Positions 27,517 through 38,413 are shown, numbered from the stretch's first letter. The stretch: DNA of 64,000 bases from Coleofasciculus sp. B1-GNL1-01 (GCA_040220235.1 JAVJTO010000048.1); one strand, 5' to 3'. Program-made: numbers and translations. The notes: generated by a model not told the origin, from the sequence alone.

Positions 27517-29004
27517 CTAATGGGGAAAAGTATCTGACCAACCGTGAATGGTTTTTAATTGCGAAATTTTGTTTAAATTAGCGTTAGGGTTGCCGAAAAC
27601 GAGGGCAATGTCATGCTTGAGACTCCCTTTTCGGTTATCTTGGACAACGGAACGGGCTGAATAGTTACAGGGGAATTGTCCTAGATAGTTGAGAGTTGAT
27701 GATGGTTCGGAACCATCTATTAGTTGTTTGATAAATGCCCAGCTTTTCTGTTGTCTGGCATTATAAATTAGGACGAGGAAGCCGTCGTCTCGCAGGATGG
27801 ATGAACAGTCGGCAAAGAAGGCGCTCATGGTTTGATTGTAGAGGGTGGCGGTTTTGGCGCGTTCTTTGGCGTTTGAGATGACGATTTCTGAGTCAAAGTT
27901 GGGTTCAATTCCTAAGATGCTATTCCACAGTTCACTGAGTTCTAGGTAGGGAATGCGATCGCTGTGTGGAGGATCGGTTATAATTAGGTTGATTGATTTC
28001 TCTGGCAGTTTTTTTAATTCAGCTTGGCAAGGGGCGCAGATAATGCTACATTCTGCGTTGTTTTGGTAGAATTGATCGAGAGTTTCACTAATAGTGCTGC
28101 CTTGTAAGGGATCACCGTTTTTGATGGCGTTTAAGAGTTTGATAACGCGCCGCTCGAAACAGTTCCAAACGTTTACTTCAAAGTGTAATGGGGGTCGCCA
28201 GTAGCCAATTACCCAACTCCCGACTTCTATTTTTTTGGCGGGGTTTCCGTTGGTTTTGCCTCTGCCTGTAACGGCGAATACCATTTTAGTCATTTGTCCC
28301 GATGCGGCGGTTAGGCATAGCTTCATCGCGGGTTGGGCGGCTTGGGGAAGTTGGTTAATTTGGTTTATGATTAAGTCCAGGTTATGTTGGGCGCGACCTG
28401 TGATTAGGTCGGATAGGGAGAGTTGCGGGGTGGCGTTGATGCGGCTGTTGGCGAAGAATTTAGGGGGACGAATGGTTTGGCTTTGATAGGTTGAGAAGGT
28501 GTCGATGAGTTTCAGGTCTTCGGGTGTGGGGGGGAGTTCAAGGCGGCTGGTGCTACGATTTCCGGATAACCAAATTTGACGTAATTGGTTGTTTTGCCAA
28601 AGATAGTGGGATGCGATTCTTCCATCGTTGAGTTGATAGGTTTGGTTGATTTGGGGTTTGAGGGTTTTTTCTAGGGATAGGAAGGCTTGGCGGATGAGGG
28701 GGTAATCGGGTGGGGAGATAAGGAGTTTGGTGAGTTCGGTGGCGATGGGGTTGATGTCTATTCCGATGAAACGGCGATTCCGCAGCCGGGATTCACGGGC
28801 GGCTATGCCGGAACCGACGAAGGGGTCTAGGATGATATCGTTTTCTTGGGTGAGTTGTTGGATGGCGAGGGCGAGGGGTTCGTGGGGTTTTTTCCCCCAG
28901 TATTTGTGTAGTCTGTACCAGCCTGAATATCCAGTGGGATGAGTGATGGTTTGGGGGGATGGTTCGGGATTGTTGGTAAGTTCTAGGGTTAGTTGTTTGT
29001 ACAC
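27517..29004 (-). CDS. Amino (N4/N6) DNA methyltransferase
   Basis: HKYWGKKP, motif I LDPFVGSG, GIDINP, and motif IV ITDPPH. Confidence 0.85.
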   Translation of the reverse strand: MYKQLTLELTNNPEPSPQTITHPTGYSGWYRLHKYWGKKPHEPLALAIQQLTQENDIILDPFVGSGIAARESRLRNRRFIGIDINPIATELTKLLISPPDYPLIRQAFLSLEKTLKPQINQTYQLNDGRIASHYLWQNNQLRQIWLSGNRSTSRLELPPTPEDLKLIDTFSTYQSQTIRPPKFFANSRINATPQLSLSDLITGRAQHNLDLIINQINQLPQAAQPAMKLCLTAASGQMTKMVFAVTGRGKTNGNPAKKIEVGSWVIGYWRPPLHFEVNVWNCFERRVIKLLNAIKNGDPLQGSTISETLDQFYQNNAECSIICAPCQAELKKLPEKSINLIITDPPHSDRIPYLELSELWNSILGIEPNFDSEIVISNAKERAKTATLYNQTMSAFFADCSSILRDDGFLVLIYNARQQKSWAFIKQLIDGSEPSSTLNYLGQFPCNYSARSVVQDNRKGSLKHDIALVFGNPNANLNKISQLKTIHGWSDTFPH

Positions 29005-29045
29005 TCGGTTTGTTTGGTTTTATCAGGTTTTGGGGTTGGGTTGGG

Positions 29046-29203
29046 GGCGGTTTGATTATTTTACAGGATAATTTGCTCGGCGTTGCGTTGATGGGCTAAA
29101 GCCCACACTACGAACGATGAATGTAGGGGTGGGGGAGGTTTGATTATTTTACAAGATAGTTTGCTCAGCGTTACGTTGATAGGCTAAAGCCCAAACTACG
29201 AAC
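29046..29203. repeat. 88-bp tandem duplication containing a GCGTTGCGTTGATGGGCT(A/G)AAGCCC element
   Basis: GGTTTGATTATTTTACA at 29049 and 29137; a third copy of the core element lies at 26358-26404. Confidence 0.8.
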
Positions 29204-30565
29204 CTAACGGTAGGGTGACGGTGAAGGTTGTGCCGATGCCGACTTCACTGTGGACGTTGATGGTTCCACCGTGAATTTCGATCGCTTTTTTGACGATGGA
29301 TAATCCCAGTCCGGTTCCGGGTAGGTTGCTGACGTTTCTCGCCCGGTGGAAGGGGTCAAAGAGTCGGGGAATGTCTTCTCTGGGTATGCCGATTCCTTGA
29401 TCTTGGATCTGAAAGCATACTGTATGATCTGGGTAGGTTAGGGTGAGGGTTATGGTGCTGTTGGGCTGGGAATAGTTGATGGCGTTGGATATGAGGTTGC
29501 CGAGTATTTGATAGAGGAGTTTCTCGTCGAGGCAAACGCTGTGCTTGGTTCCGGGGGCGTTGAATTGTAGGGTTTTGCTGCTACCGGCGATGACTTGATA
29601 GTCTTCGATGATGGTTTCGCAGAATTGTTCTAAGTCCAGTAATGTGGGGTTGAGTTCGAGTTTGTCGGCGCTGGCTTTGCTGAAGACGAGAACGTCATCG
29701 AGTATTTTGGTAATTCGCCGCACAGCTTTATCGGTTCGTTGCAGTAATTGATTGCATTTTTCTTCGGTTAAGCCGTCGTGAGAACGGGCGAGGAGTTGGG
29801 CGGAGACGTAAATCATGTTCAGGGGGGTGCGGAATTCGTGGGAGACGGTTTGGATGAAGCGGGATTTGAGTTCGCTGAATTCTTTTTCGGCTTCTAATTC
29901 TCGGCGTAGGCTTTCGGCTTGATGGCGATAGGTCATGTCCCGAATTAACCAGCGCAATCCCACGATTTCTGATTGGGGGTTGAGAATGGCTGAGATGGAA
30001 ATCTCCGCCGGGAAGGGTTCACTCTGGCGCGGTTTAATGAATATTTCCCAGTCTCGGTAGAGTAGGGTGGAGGGAAAGTCGGGGGAGGATAAGTGGGTGA
30101 GTCGGTTGAGTTGGGTGCGAAAGGTGCGTTTGCTTGTATCAGCAATAAACACAGCCAGGGGTTTGCCGATGAGACGCTGCTTATCTATATTCATTAGGGT
30201 AGCGGCGGCTTGGTTGGCGTCTTGAATTATACCGGATGCGTTAGTGATGAAATAGCCGTCGGGGGCGAATTCAAAGAGTTCTTGATACTTTCGGCGTTCG
30301 TCTTCTGTGGCTTGATGCGCTGCGGAGATTTCCTCGTTTCGTTCTTGGATTTCTTCGACGGCGGCTTGTAATTCTTCTAGGGTGGTGGATAGTTCAGTAA
30401 CGGTTTCGGCTAGCTGAATTGAGCATTCATCGGGTGAAATGTCAGCTTCAGATTGAGCCTGTGTCAAGCGTTCCTGGGCTTGGTGAATATGCTGGTTAAT
30501 GGCTTCGGTTAAGGTGTCTGAGGATAAATTTAGTTTTTTTTTGCGGATTGGTTAGGATTCATCAT
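29196..30565 (-). CDS. PAS-domain histidine kinase; 5' end frameshifted at an A9 run
   Basis: SHEFRTPL, NLISNAINYS, DQGIG and GTGLGL motifs. ORF track starts at TTG 30467; the RBS plus ATG at 30565/30562 is in a different frame. Confidence 0.85.
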
Positions 30566-30724
30566 TTTCTCCATCACATCAGGGGTGTCTAGGTTATTAA
30601 GTTTTATCTAGGGTTAATGCAAGGTTTTATTGATAATTGCGTTGAAAAAAGAGGAATCTGTTTGTCTGACTATCTAAAAACAGTTATATCAGGATTAGTC
30701 TGGATACGACAAGTCGTATCCAGA

Positions 30725-32005
30725 CTAGAATTTTTTGGCATTATTCAGGAGCGGTAAGTTGACAGTAAATGTCGTACCAATGTCAATCTCACTTTGGACA
30801 GATATCATGCCTTGATGTAAATCCACGGCTTTTTTGACGATCGCGAGTCCTAATCCTGTTCCGTTTATTGTACCTGTATTCTGGGCGCGATGGAAGGGTT
30901 CAAACAAATGCACTTGGTCATTGGCGGGAATGCCGATACCGCGATCGCGAATTAATAGTATAGCTTGATTCTCCTCACGATTCAGTTCAAAATCGACGGG
31001 TTCACCGTTGGGTGAGTATTTCAGGGCGTTGGTGAGTAAGTTACTCAGAATTTGCCGCAGCAGTTTGGGGTCAAAATTGCCGCAAATGTTATCATCGTTA
31101 CACTTAAACTGAATCCGTTCTTGATTCGCGGCTTCTAGGTGCAAGTCCTCGACTAAAGTCTGACAGAATTCGCTTAAATTGACAACGGTGGGATTAAATT
31201 CTAGTTTTTCGGCGTCGGCTTTGCTATAGATTAAGATATCTTCCAATAACTGGGTCATATAATCGACCGATTGGCTAATTTTCTGGAAATGTACGGCTTT
31301 TCGTTCTGGACTCAAGCGATCGCTATACCGTTCTAGCATTTCACTAGAGGAGAGAATCGTGGTTAGCGGGGTGCGGAATTCGTGGGAGACGGTACTGAGA
31401 AACCGGGATTTGAGTTCGCTGAGTTCGTGTTGTTCGGCTAATTCCTGGCGCAAGGCTTCGGCTTGCTGGCGCTGACTGATATCGCTGATTAACCAGCGCA
31501 ATCCGGTTAGATTACGATGATTATCGCGAATGGGAGAAACCGCGATCGCGGCGGGAAAGGGTTCTCTGTGGCGAGGCTGTAGCTGCACGTCCCATCCCAT
31601 CGACTGGGAGGATGTTCTCACTTGTTGCAGTTGGTTGCGAAAGGCTTTGCGGTGAGATTCAGCGACAAAGACAGTTAGTGGTTTGCCAATAAGATAGGTT
31701 GGCGAGATGTTCAACATAATACTGGCGGCTGGATTGGCGGTATGAATTTCTCCCGTCAGATTCGTCACAAAGTAGGCTTCTGAGGTGCATTCAAATAACT
31801 CTCGGTAGTGCTGGAGTTCGCTGTCGCTGGCGTTATTTCTGGTGACTGACTCCTGCTGTTGCTGATCGAATTCCTCTAATGTGATCGAAAACTCCTCTAG
31901 AATCGTTGAGAGGATTTCGGGATTAACTGTCGCTTGATTGATCCGGTTCAAAAAGGATTCTAGGCGTTGTTGGGAGAGTTGAATCGGTTTGTTTAGGTTA
32001 ATCAT
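30725..32005 (-). CDS. PAS-domain histidine kinase
   Basis: SHEFRTPL, NLLTNALKYS, DRGIG and GTGLGL motifs; paralog of the neighbouring kinase. Confidence 0.9.
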   Translation of the reverse strand: MINLNKPIQLSQQRLESFLNRINQATVNPEILSTILEEFSITLEEFDQQQQESVTRNNASDSELQHYRELFECTSEAYFVTNLTGEIHTANPAASIMLNISPTYLIGKPLTVFVAESHRKAFRNQLQQVRTSSQSMGWDVQLQPRHREPFPAAIAVSPIRDNHRNLTGLRWLISDISQRQQAEALRQELAEQHELSELKSRFLSTVSHEFRTPLTTILSSSEMLERYSDRLSPERKAVHFQKISQSVDYMTQLLEDILIYSKADAEKLEFNPTVVNLSEFCQTLVEDLHLEAANQERIQFKCNDDNICGNFDPKLLRQILSNLLTNALKYSPNGEPVDFELNREENQAILLIRDRGIGIPANDQVHLFEPFHRAQNTGTINGTGLGLAIVKKAVDLHQGMISVQSEIDIGTTFTVNLPLLNNAKKF

Positions 32006-32117
32006 GGGGATTGGGTAAGGGCAGGTTTACACTTATCTTATCTTTCGTTCACGAAGGATGCTTCGCTTTTGTTGCATGGGTGAGGGGTTGAGCTTAAGTT
32101 GACACCAATGTCACCCC

Positions 32118-33989
32118 TCATCCATCTTCTTGATTCACTTCATCTACCAATATAATCGTGCCGTGTAATTGTTCTTCTATCCCTTTCAAGCCGTGGAACG
32201 TAACCTGACATTGAATGGATTGACCTCGGCGATTAATCGCATCCACCATGATTGTCTGATGATTGACCTCGCCCTGATAACAGTTACGGATTGGTTCGCG
32301 CAACTGTTCCACAGGTAAGCCTATATCTAAACTGAGGAGAGATTTGTCTTCTACCTCGTCACTGCGTAGTCCCCAAAGTTCCTCGGAATATTCATTCCAA
32401 CGGATAATCTTAAATTCGCGGTCTACAATAATCACCCCCATTTGGAAACTTTCTAGAATTGAATTTAAAAAGGCATTGACTTGGTTGACTTGATCCGTCC
32501 GCAAGCGCAATTCATCATTCATCGTCCGCAATTCTTCATTGGTCGATTCGAGTTCTTCATTCATTGTCTCCAGTTCTTCGTTCGTGGATTGCAATTCTTC
32601 GTTCGTCGTTTCTAGTTCTTCGTTGGTGGATTGCAATTCTTCATTTGTCGTTTCTAGTTCCTCATTACTCGACTGGAGTTCCTCATTCGCCGTCTCCAGT
32701 TCTTGGGAGGATGTTTTATATTTATTGTATAACTGGTTGTAGCGAGTGACATCATGAAAAGAAATACTCACTCCCAACAACTGCTCACCATTGACATTTT
32801 CCTTTAAAGGAGTAATTTGCACATCCAAATACTGAGTTGTATTGGACTCCTCCCGCACCACATCGTTAATCGTAATCGACGTGCGATCGCGATAGACATC
32901 ATCGATGATAGACCGCAGTTCTAGGGGACGGTAGGAAAGTTCCAAATCTCGAAACAGTTTGCCCAGATCTTGCCGTTTGATATCAAACATTGACCGGGCG
33001 ATCATATTTGCCAACACTAAGTAACCATTGACATCAACAATAATTTGGGCAATGGGTGAGGTATTAAACGCTGCTTCTTGTAGCCGCACCCGCTCAGACA
33101 GACGCGCACTCGATTCTTTATCTCCAGCTTGGGCGAACATCAGCAGGCGATCGCTTAGTTTCGGTTTGGCTACTTTGGTAAAGAGGCGGTGCTGTAAATT
33201 CACAGGTCTAAACAAGTTGCTATTGGTTAGCAGCATCTCCGCTTTGCCCAAAAATAGAGTGCCATTCTCCTTTAGCGCAAAGTTAAACCGTGCCAAAATC
33301 CGTTTCTGAGTTTCCGCATTAAAATACATCAGTGTGTTGCGGCAAATCAGTAAATCCAGTCGGGAAATTGGCGCATCTTGAACCAAATCATTCCGACCAA
33401 AAATCACCACCCGGCGAATATCAGATCGGAATACATACTGATTGTTAACTTGTTCAAAATAGCACTGTCGCCATTCCTCAGACAGGTTTTCTAAGGCTTT
33501 GGAAGTATAGCGTGCCCAACGCGCTTGATCCAAAGCTTCTTCGTCTACATCCGTAGCATAAATTTTAACCCGTTGGCGAAATTGCTCCAACCCCATGATT
33601 TCTGCCAAAAGTATGGCGATAGAATAGGCTTCTTCCCCCGATGAACACCCCGCACTCCAGACACGGATTTGCTCTCGCTCATCCTTTTGCTGCAACAGTT
33701 GCGGCAGAATTTGATCGTGCAAATAGTTCCAGGCGTCGGTATCCCGGAAAAATGCGGTAACGTTGATTAAAATTGTATTGAACAGGGACTCAAATTCTTC
33801 CGGATGAACTTCCAGGTAGTCCAGATAATCACCAAAGTTATCGATATTGTGCGACTGCATTTGCCGGGTTACCCGCCGCTTGAGTGTAGAGCGTTTGTAG
33901 CCTGTAAAATCAAAGCCGCGTGTTTCTTTTAGGTACTCCAGTAAGGATTCAAAAATTCGATTTTCTTCTTGTTGTTGGTCATTACTTAT
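32118..33989 (-). CDS. cheR: CheR methyltransferase with PAS and coiled-coil domains (start codon unclear)
   Basis: FDFTGYKRSTL (upstream of the ORF-track start), INVTAFFRD, WSAGCSSGEEAYS, CRN and (ELETTNEELQSTNE)n. Confidence 0.85.
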   Translation of the reverse strand: MSNDQQQEENRIFESLLEYLKETRGFDFTGYKRSTLKRRVTRQMQSHNIDNFGDYLDYLEVHPEEFESLFNTILINVTAFFRDTDAWNYLHDQILPQLLQQKDEREQIRVWSAGCSSGEEAYSIAILLAEIMGLEQFRQRVKIYATDVDEEALDQARWARYTSKALENLSEEWRQCYFEQVNNQYVFRSDIRRVVIFGRNDLVQDAPISRLDLLICRNTLMYFNAETQKRILARFNFALKENGTLFLGKAEMLLTNSNLFRPVNLQHRLFTKVAKPKLSDRLLMFAQAGDKESSARLSERVRLQEAAFNTSPIAQIIVDVNGYLVLANMIARSMFDIKRQDLGKLFRDLELSYRPLELRSIIDDVYRDRTSITINDVVREESNTTQYLDVQITPLKENVNGEQLLGVSISFHDVTRYNQLYNKYKTSSQELETANEELQSSNEELETTNEELQSTNEELETTNEELQSTNEELETMNEELESTNEELRTMNDELRLRTDQVNQVNAFLNSILESFQMGVIIVDREFKIIRWNEYSEELWGLRSDEVEDKSLLSLDIGLPVEQLREPIRNCYQGEVNHQTIMVDAINRRGQSIQCQVTFHGLKGIEEQLHGTIILVDEVNQEDG

Positions 33990-34008
33990 TACTTATTACT
34001 TATTACTT
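33981..34008. repeat. Heptamer tract (ATTACTT)4 at the cheR start region
   Basis: Four exact copies. Confidence 0.9.
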
Positions 34009-34070
34009 ATTATAAAAGCAACAGTTAAAGATAAAAAGTAAATAGCAAATTCCAGAAATATTCAAATAGT

Positions 34071-34700
34071 CTATCTTCTACCTTTTTTTACAAGTTGGAT
34101 GAGTGTTTCAGCAATTTCGGGTAACGGTAAAATCAAATTGACGATCCCGGTGTCAATGGCAGAACGGGGCATACCAAAGTGTTCCGACGTTTCTTGATTT
34201 TGGCTAATCACCATACCGCCCATTTTCGCGATCGCCTGCACTCCTTTTGTGCCATCTTTCCCTGTCCCGGTTAAAATCACAGCTATTGCCCGATTTTGGT
34301 AACTATTTGCCAGCGACTCAAACAGTAAATCTGCTGAGGGACGGACAAAATTGACTATAGGTGACTGCGTTAAGGAAAGCGTACCATCAGAGTTGACCAA
34401 AACATGATAATCCGGTTGAGCAATATAGGCTTCTCCCGGATTCAGCTTGTCTCCATCCTCCGTCTGCTTAATCGGCAAAGAAATCCGTCGGCGGAGTATC
34501 TCTGCCATTAAAGAACGGTGACTGCGGTCAAGATGCTGTAAAATCAGAACGGCTGCTGGAAAGTCAGTCGGTAGATGGGATAAAACCTCAGATAGCGCCT
34601 TTAGTCCCCCAGCAGATGCGGCGATGGCGACGACATCAAAGGCGGTATTGGCAAAGGCTGGGGGGGGATTGCTGTGTTGATCGACCTGGGGTTGTGTCAT
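34071..34700 (-). CDS. cheB: CheB methylesterase (no receiver domain)
   Basis: AASAGG, QH, RPSADLLF, LTGTGKDG and GMP motifs. Confidence 0.9.
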   Translation of the reverse strand: MTQPQVDQHSNPPPAFANTAFDVVAIAASAGGLKALSEVLSHLPTDFPAAVLILQHLDRSHRSLMAEILRRRISLPIKQTEDGDKLNPGEAYIAQPDYHVLVNSDGTLSLTQSPIVNFVRPSADLLFESLANSYQNRAIAVILTGTGKDGTKGVQAIAKMGGMVISQNQETSEHFGMPRSAIDTGIVNLILPLPEIAETLIQLVKKGRR

Positions 34701-34890
34701 AGGGTAGCACTGACATATAAGGTTAACGCTTTCAGTGTACCGATTTTGGCAATATCGGGGCGACGTCAGAGGTTATGGTGAATCCAGCACGTTAGTCAGG
34801 GTTTGGTGACCAAACCCCTACACAATGACACGAATGCACGTTGGCAAAGGGCGCACGTCAGTGCGCCCCTACGTGCGCCGACAATCGGGT

Positions 34891-35454
34891 TTAATTCACC
34901 TCCAACGTGAATCCGGGCAAAACATCCTCCCCCGACAACACTACAGGCATTCTGACCACTTCCACCTCTTGTCCCTGACGATAAATTTCCACCTGCCGAT
35001 CCTTACGATTAATCAGCCAACCCAACCGCAATCCACTCGCCCAATACTCCAACATTTTGGTCTGAAGTGGCTTTAATCGATCTGTGCGAGACCGCAATTC
35101 GATCACGAAATCTGGGCAAATTGGCGGAAATCCCTCCCGTTCCTCCTGACTCAATCCTTGCCATCGGCTTAATTCTACCCAAGCCACATCTGGAGAGCGA
35201 TCGCCTCCTCCAGGTAAACTAAATACAGTTTGAGAACTAAACACCACACCTAACTGAGTTTGTTGGTTCCAAATCCCCACCTGAATAATCAGATTTGCCT
35301 CACGTTTGCCCCCTTCACCCCCGATAGGTGTCACGATAATTAATTCTCCCGTTGATGAACGTTCTAGCGGTACATCCGGATTCGCCTGACACAGTTGAAA
35401 AAACTGTTCCCTTGTCAGGGTGGTAATTGGGTCTAAATTCAGTACCGTTGTCAT
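34891..35454 (-). CDS. Uma2 family endonuclease-like protein
   Basis: RSPDVAWV, CPDFVIELRS and GLRLGWLI motifs; ATG 35454 preferred. Confidence 0.88.
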   Translation of the reverse strand: MTTVLNLDPITTLTREQFFQLCQANPDVPLERSSTGELIIVTPIGGEGGKREANLIIQVGIWNQQTQLGVVFSSQTVFSLPGGGDRSPDVAWVELSRWQGLSQEEREGFPPICPDFVIELRSRTDRLKPLQTKMLEYWASGLRLGWLINRKDRQVEIYRQGQEVEVVRMPVVLSGEDVLPGFTLEVN

Positions 35455-36175
35455 ATCCGTTATATAAGAGGCTGTTGATGACGTTGGAGTTGAGGCATGA
35501 CCCAAGAGGGACGCGATCGCAGAAAATTCCGTCCTATATAACGGTGCAATTCTTCTCCACACTCCATGTATCATCAAATTGTTTTTTTGTCAAATATGCC
35601 CCTCTCGCCAGTGCCGAAATTGGGTCATTGGGGTATGGTTGTAGTCTTTTATTTTTTCGACGTCTGGCGAGGTGGAATGACGTGATTTTAGGATGTTGAA
35701 GCGTTTGGTGGAAAAATTGACAGGAAAAACCTAACTTACCTTAAAAAACAAAACTTCATAAAGTATACTACAGAGGAAAAACAACGTCAAATTAGGCATT
35801 GTCAGCGATGGCTGGGGTCAGCCGTATTTTGCCTTGTCTTTAGAAGATTAAAACTAAAATGTTAAAATGAAAAGTTTTGTTTAACATTTGATGGTTCCCT
35901 CCTTTTCTTAATTCCCCCCTTTCTTAATTCCCCCCTTTCAAAGGGGGGATGGGGGGATGGGGGGATGGAGATTAGAGGATGAGGGTGAAACGGTTACCCG
36001 TCTTGGTTTTCAGTTTAAGTTGCATGGATGCACGTTGGCAAAGGGCGCAAGTCTTTGCGCCCCTACATGCCTCCAACCTAGGGCGGGTTGCGATCGCATC
36101 CTTGTCCTGATTATTGGGGGTTGAAACTATTCCCTGTTCCCTGTTCCCTGTTCCCTGTTCCCTGTTCCCTATTCC

Positions 36176-38413
36176 CTACACGCCCCCTTCCTGTAACACT
36201 TCCGAGAAGGCAAAATCGGGTTCGGCTAACACAAATACCGTTGTCGGTAATCCTGTGGCTAAACCTTGCAAGCGTTCGTAATAACTGGTGTAATCATCCA
36301 TCGGTTTTGCCATCCCCAAGAAAACTAAATCCGCACTTTGGGACGAACGGCGCAGGATTTCCGGGAAGGGGCGTCCCTTTGCCTCAATCACTTGCGATCG
36401 CGCCCCAATCCGTAGTTGTTTAGTCAGGTTTTCCACATTCGTCCGCGTGGCTTGGGCGGCGGCGTTATTGGCAACAACTAATTTAAGATTGATTTCGGCA
36501 CTACGCCATTCCAGACTCGTCCGCAACAGATACGCCAAAATTAACATCAAGCCCCCATTTGCCTGTAATCCGCCCCACCAAACATCAATCCGTTTGCGGC
36601 GACCAAATCCCCGTTCCTCCACATCCCGTAAAATCACCACATTCCGACGGGCTTGATGCAAGTTAGCGATCATCTGACAGTAACTCCCCCGATGGGAGGC
36701 TTGTTCACTATCCCCTAACAGAATCGTATTGGGAACCAACGGACCAATCCCATACGCCTCAACTAACCGTTCCGCCCCAATAAACGGATCAGGGGCGGTA
36801 ATTAACCGGGCTAACCCTTGCACCCCCCGCTTCTCCAAATACTCCCGAATCGTGGCTTCCATTTCCAACTGTTTAGCTGGATCACGAGACCCACTGGGAA
36901 TTACACTGGCGACAGTAAATAAGCTGCGTTTGTGGGTTAAATTTGCGGCAAACTCCACCAAATGCCAGCGACGAGTCGGGGCGCCAGAGAAAACCAGAAT
37001 ATGAGGACGCCAGTTTTTCGTATCAGCCGTATAGTCGAGGCGATTAATTCCAGTACGGACCAACGCCATCCAGACACCCTGACGCACATCCCCCCAAGCA
37101 CTTTGTAATTCCCGCCGTTCTAACCAAATATAAACACTCGATACAATCACCGCCGCCATAATTGTCGCCACGGCGTTGAGTAAGAACATCACCCCCAAAC
37201 AGCCAACCGCCCCCAACAGGGAGAAAGACCAATGCACCCGGAAGGAAGGGCGAAACGAGGGAGAACGTAAAAAGCTTTCAATTCCCGCCGCCACGTTCAA
37301 GACTAAATAGGTGGTGAGGAAGAACATACTCAACACTGGGGCGATTAAATCCAGATCCCCCAACGCCACGGCGACTAACACCAAGCCCAATGTAATCACC
37401 GTCGCAATACGCGGTTCATCTTCCGATCCGTAACCCGTTCCCAGAAACTTCAGCCACCGAGGTAAAATCCCATCCCGCGCCAGCGCCTGCATGACCCGAG
37501 GCGCACCCAGAATACTACCAATCGCACTGGATAATGTCGCCCCCCAAACCCCCAATAACACCGAAGGACCCCAGAGGGAGATTTTCTCCATAATTAACGG
37601 GTTTTCGACTAAGGTAAGAGCATCCGCCCGCAGCGCTAAAATTATGGGTAATGCCATATAAACCACATAACCCGTCCCCACCGCCGCCAAGGTACCAATG
37701 GGAATCGAACGGGTGGGATTGCGTAAATCCCCGGACATATTCACCCCCGCCATAATCCCAGTCACGGCGGGAAAGAAGACAGCGAAGACAGTCCAGAAGG
37801 GTTCGGAGTTTTCCGGTTTCGCCCCCCACAATTCAATGTGAGTATTCGGGTCAACGGGGGAACCAAAAATCAAACAAATTAAAGACAGCGCGATCGCTGC
37901 CATAATAAAATACTGTGCCTTAATCGCAATTTGGGCAGAGGCGATCGCCAAAATTGCTACCAGAATCGTGGTAATGATTGCCGTCAGCCGTTGATTTAAG
38001 TCCGGAAACGTCAGCGTCAGACTCTCAGCAAAACCAATCGTATACAGCGCCACCGATATCGCCTGGGCAAAATACAGGGGAATCCCCACCGCGCCGCCCG
38101 TTTCAATTCCCAGAGAACGGCTAATCATATAATAAGCCCCCCCCGCCCGCACCACCCGATCTGTTGCGATCGCACAAATTGACAGCGAAGTCAGAAACGT
38201 AATCGCCGTAGACAGGGTGACAATAATCAGCGTGCCAAACAACCCCACATTCCCCACAACCCAGCCAAATCGCAGGTACATGATTACACCGAGAATCGTC
38301 AGCAGGGACGGTGTATAAACTCCCCCAAATGTACCTAAACCGGTCTCCGGTTCAGAGGGAGTGGGCGAAGATGAGGGTGATTGTTGACGGAAGGGGTTTT
38401 TCATGGTAAGCAC
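36176..38413 (-). CDS. Cation-chloride cotransporter (SLC12/NKCC-like) amino-acid-permease family
   Basis: LGTFGGVY, GVIMYLR, GGAYYMISRSLG, FFPAVTGIMAG, KNWRP and IDVWW motifs. Confidence 0.85.
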   Translation of the reverse strand: MLTMKNPFRQQSPSSSPTPSEPETGLGTFGGVYTPSLLTILGVIMYLRFGWVVGNVGLFGTLIIVTLSTAITFLTSLSICAIATDRVVRAGGAYYMISRSLGIETGGAVGIPLYFAQAISVALYTIGFAESLTLTFPDLNQRLTAIITTILVAILAIASAQIAIKAQYFIMAAIALSLICLIFGSPVDPNTHIELWGAKPENSEPFWTVFAVFFPAVTGIMAGVNMSGDLRNPTRSIPIGTLAAVGTGYVVYMALPIILALRADALTLVENPLIMEKISLWGPSVLLGVWGATLSSAIGSILGAPRVMQALARDGILPRWLKFLGTGYGSEDEPRIATVITLGLVLVAVALGDLDLIAPVLSMFFLTTYLVLNVAAGIESFLRSPSFRPSFRVHWSFSLLGAVGCLGVMFLLNAVATIMAAVIVSSVYIWLERRELQSAWGDVRQGVWMALVRTGINRLDYTADTKNWRPHILVFSGAPTRRWHLVEFAANLTHKRSLFTVASVIPSGSRDPAKQLEMEATIREYLEKRGVQGLARLITAPDPFIGAERLVEAYGIGPLVPNTILLGDSEQASHRGSYCQMIANLHQARRNVVILRDVEERGFGRRKRIDVWWGGLQANGGLMLILAYLLRTSLEWRSAEINLKLVVANNAAAQATRTNVENLTKQLRIGARSQVIEAKGRPFPEILRRSSQSADLVFLGMAKPMDDYTSYYERLQGLATGLPTTVFVLAEPDFAFSEVLQEGGV

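Noticed and set aside
32520..32705. 21/42-bp periodic repeats
   Set aside because: Ordinary coiled-coil heptads of CheR-PAS proteins.
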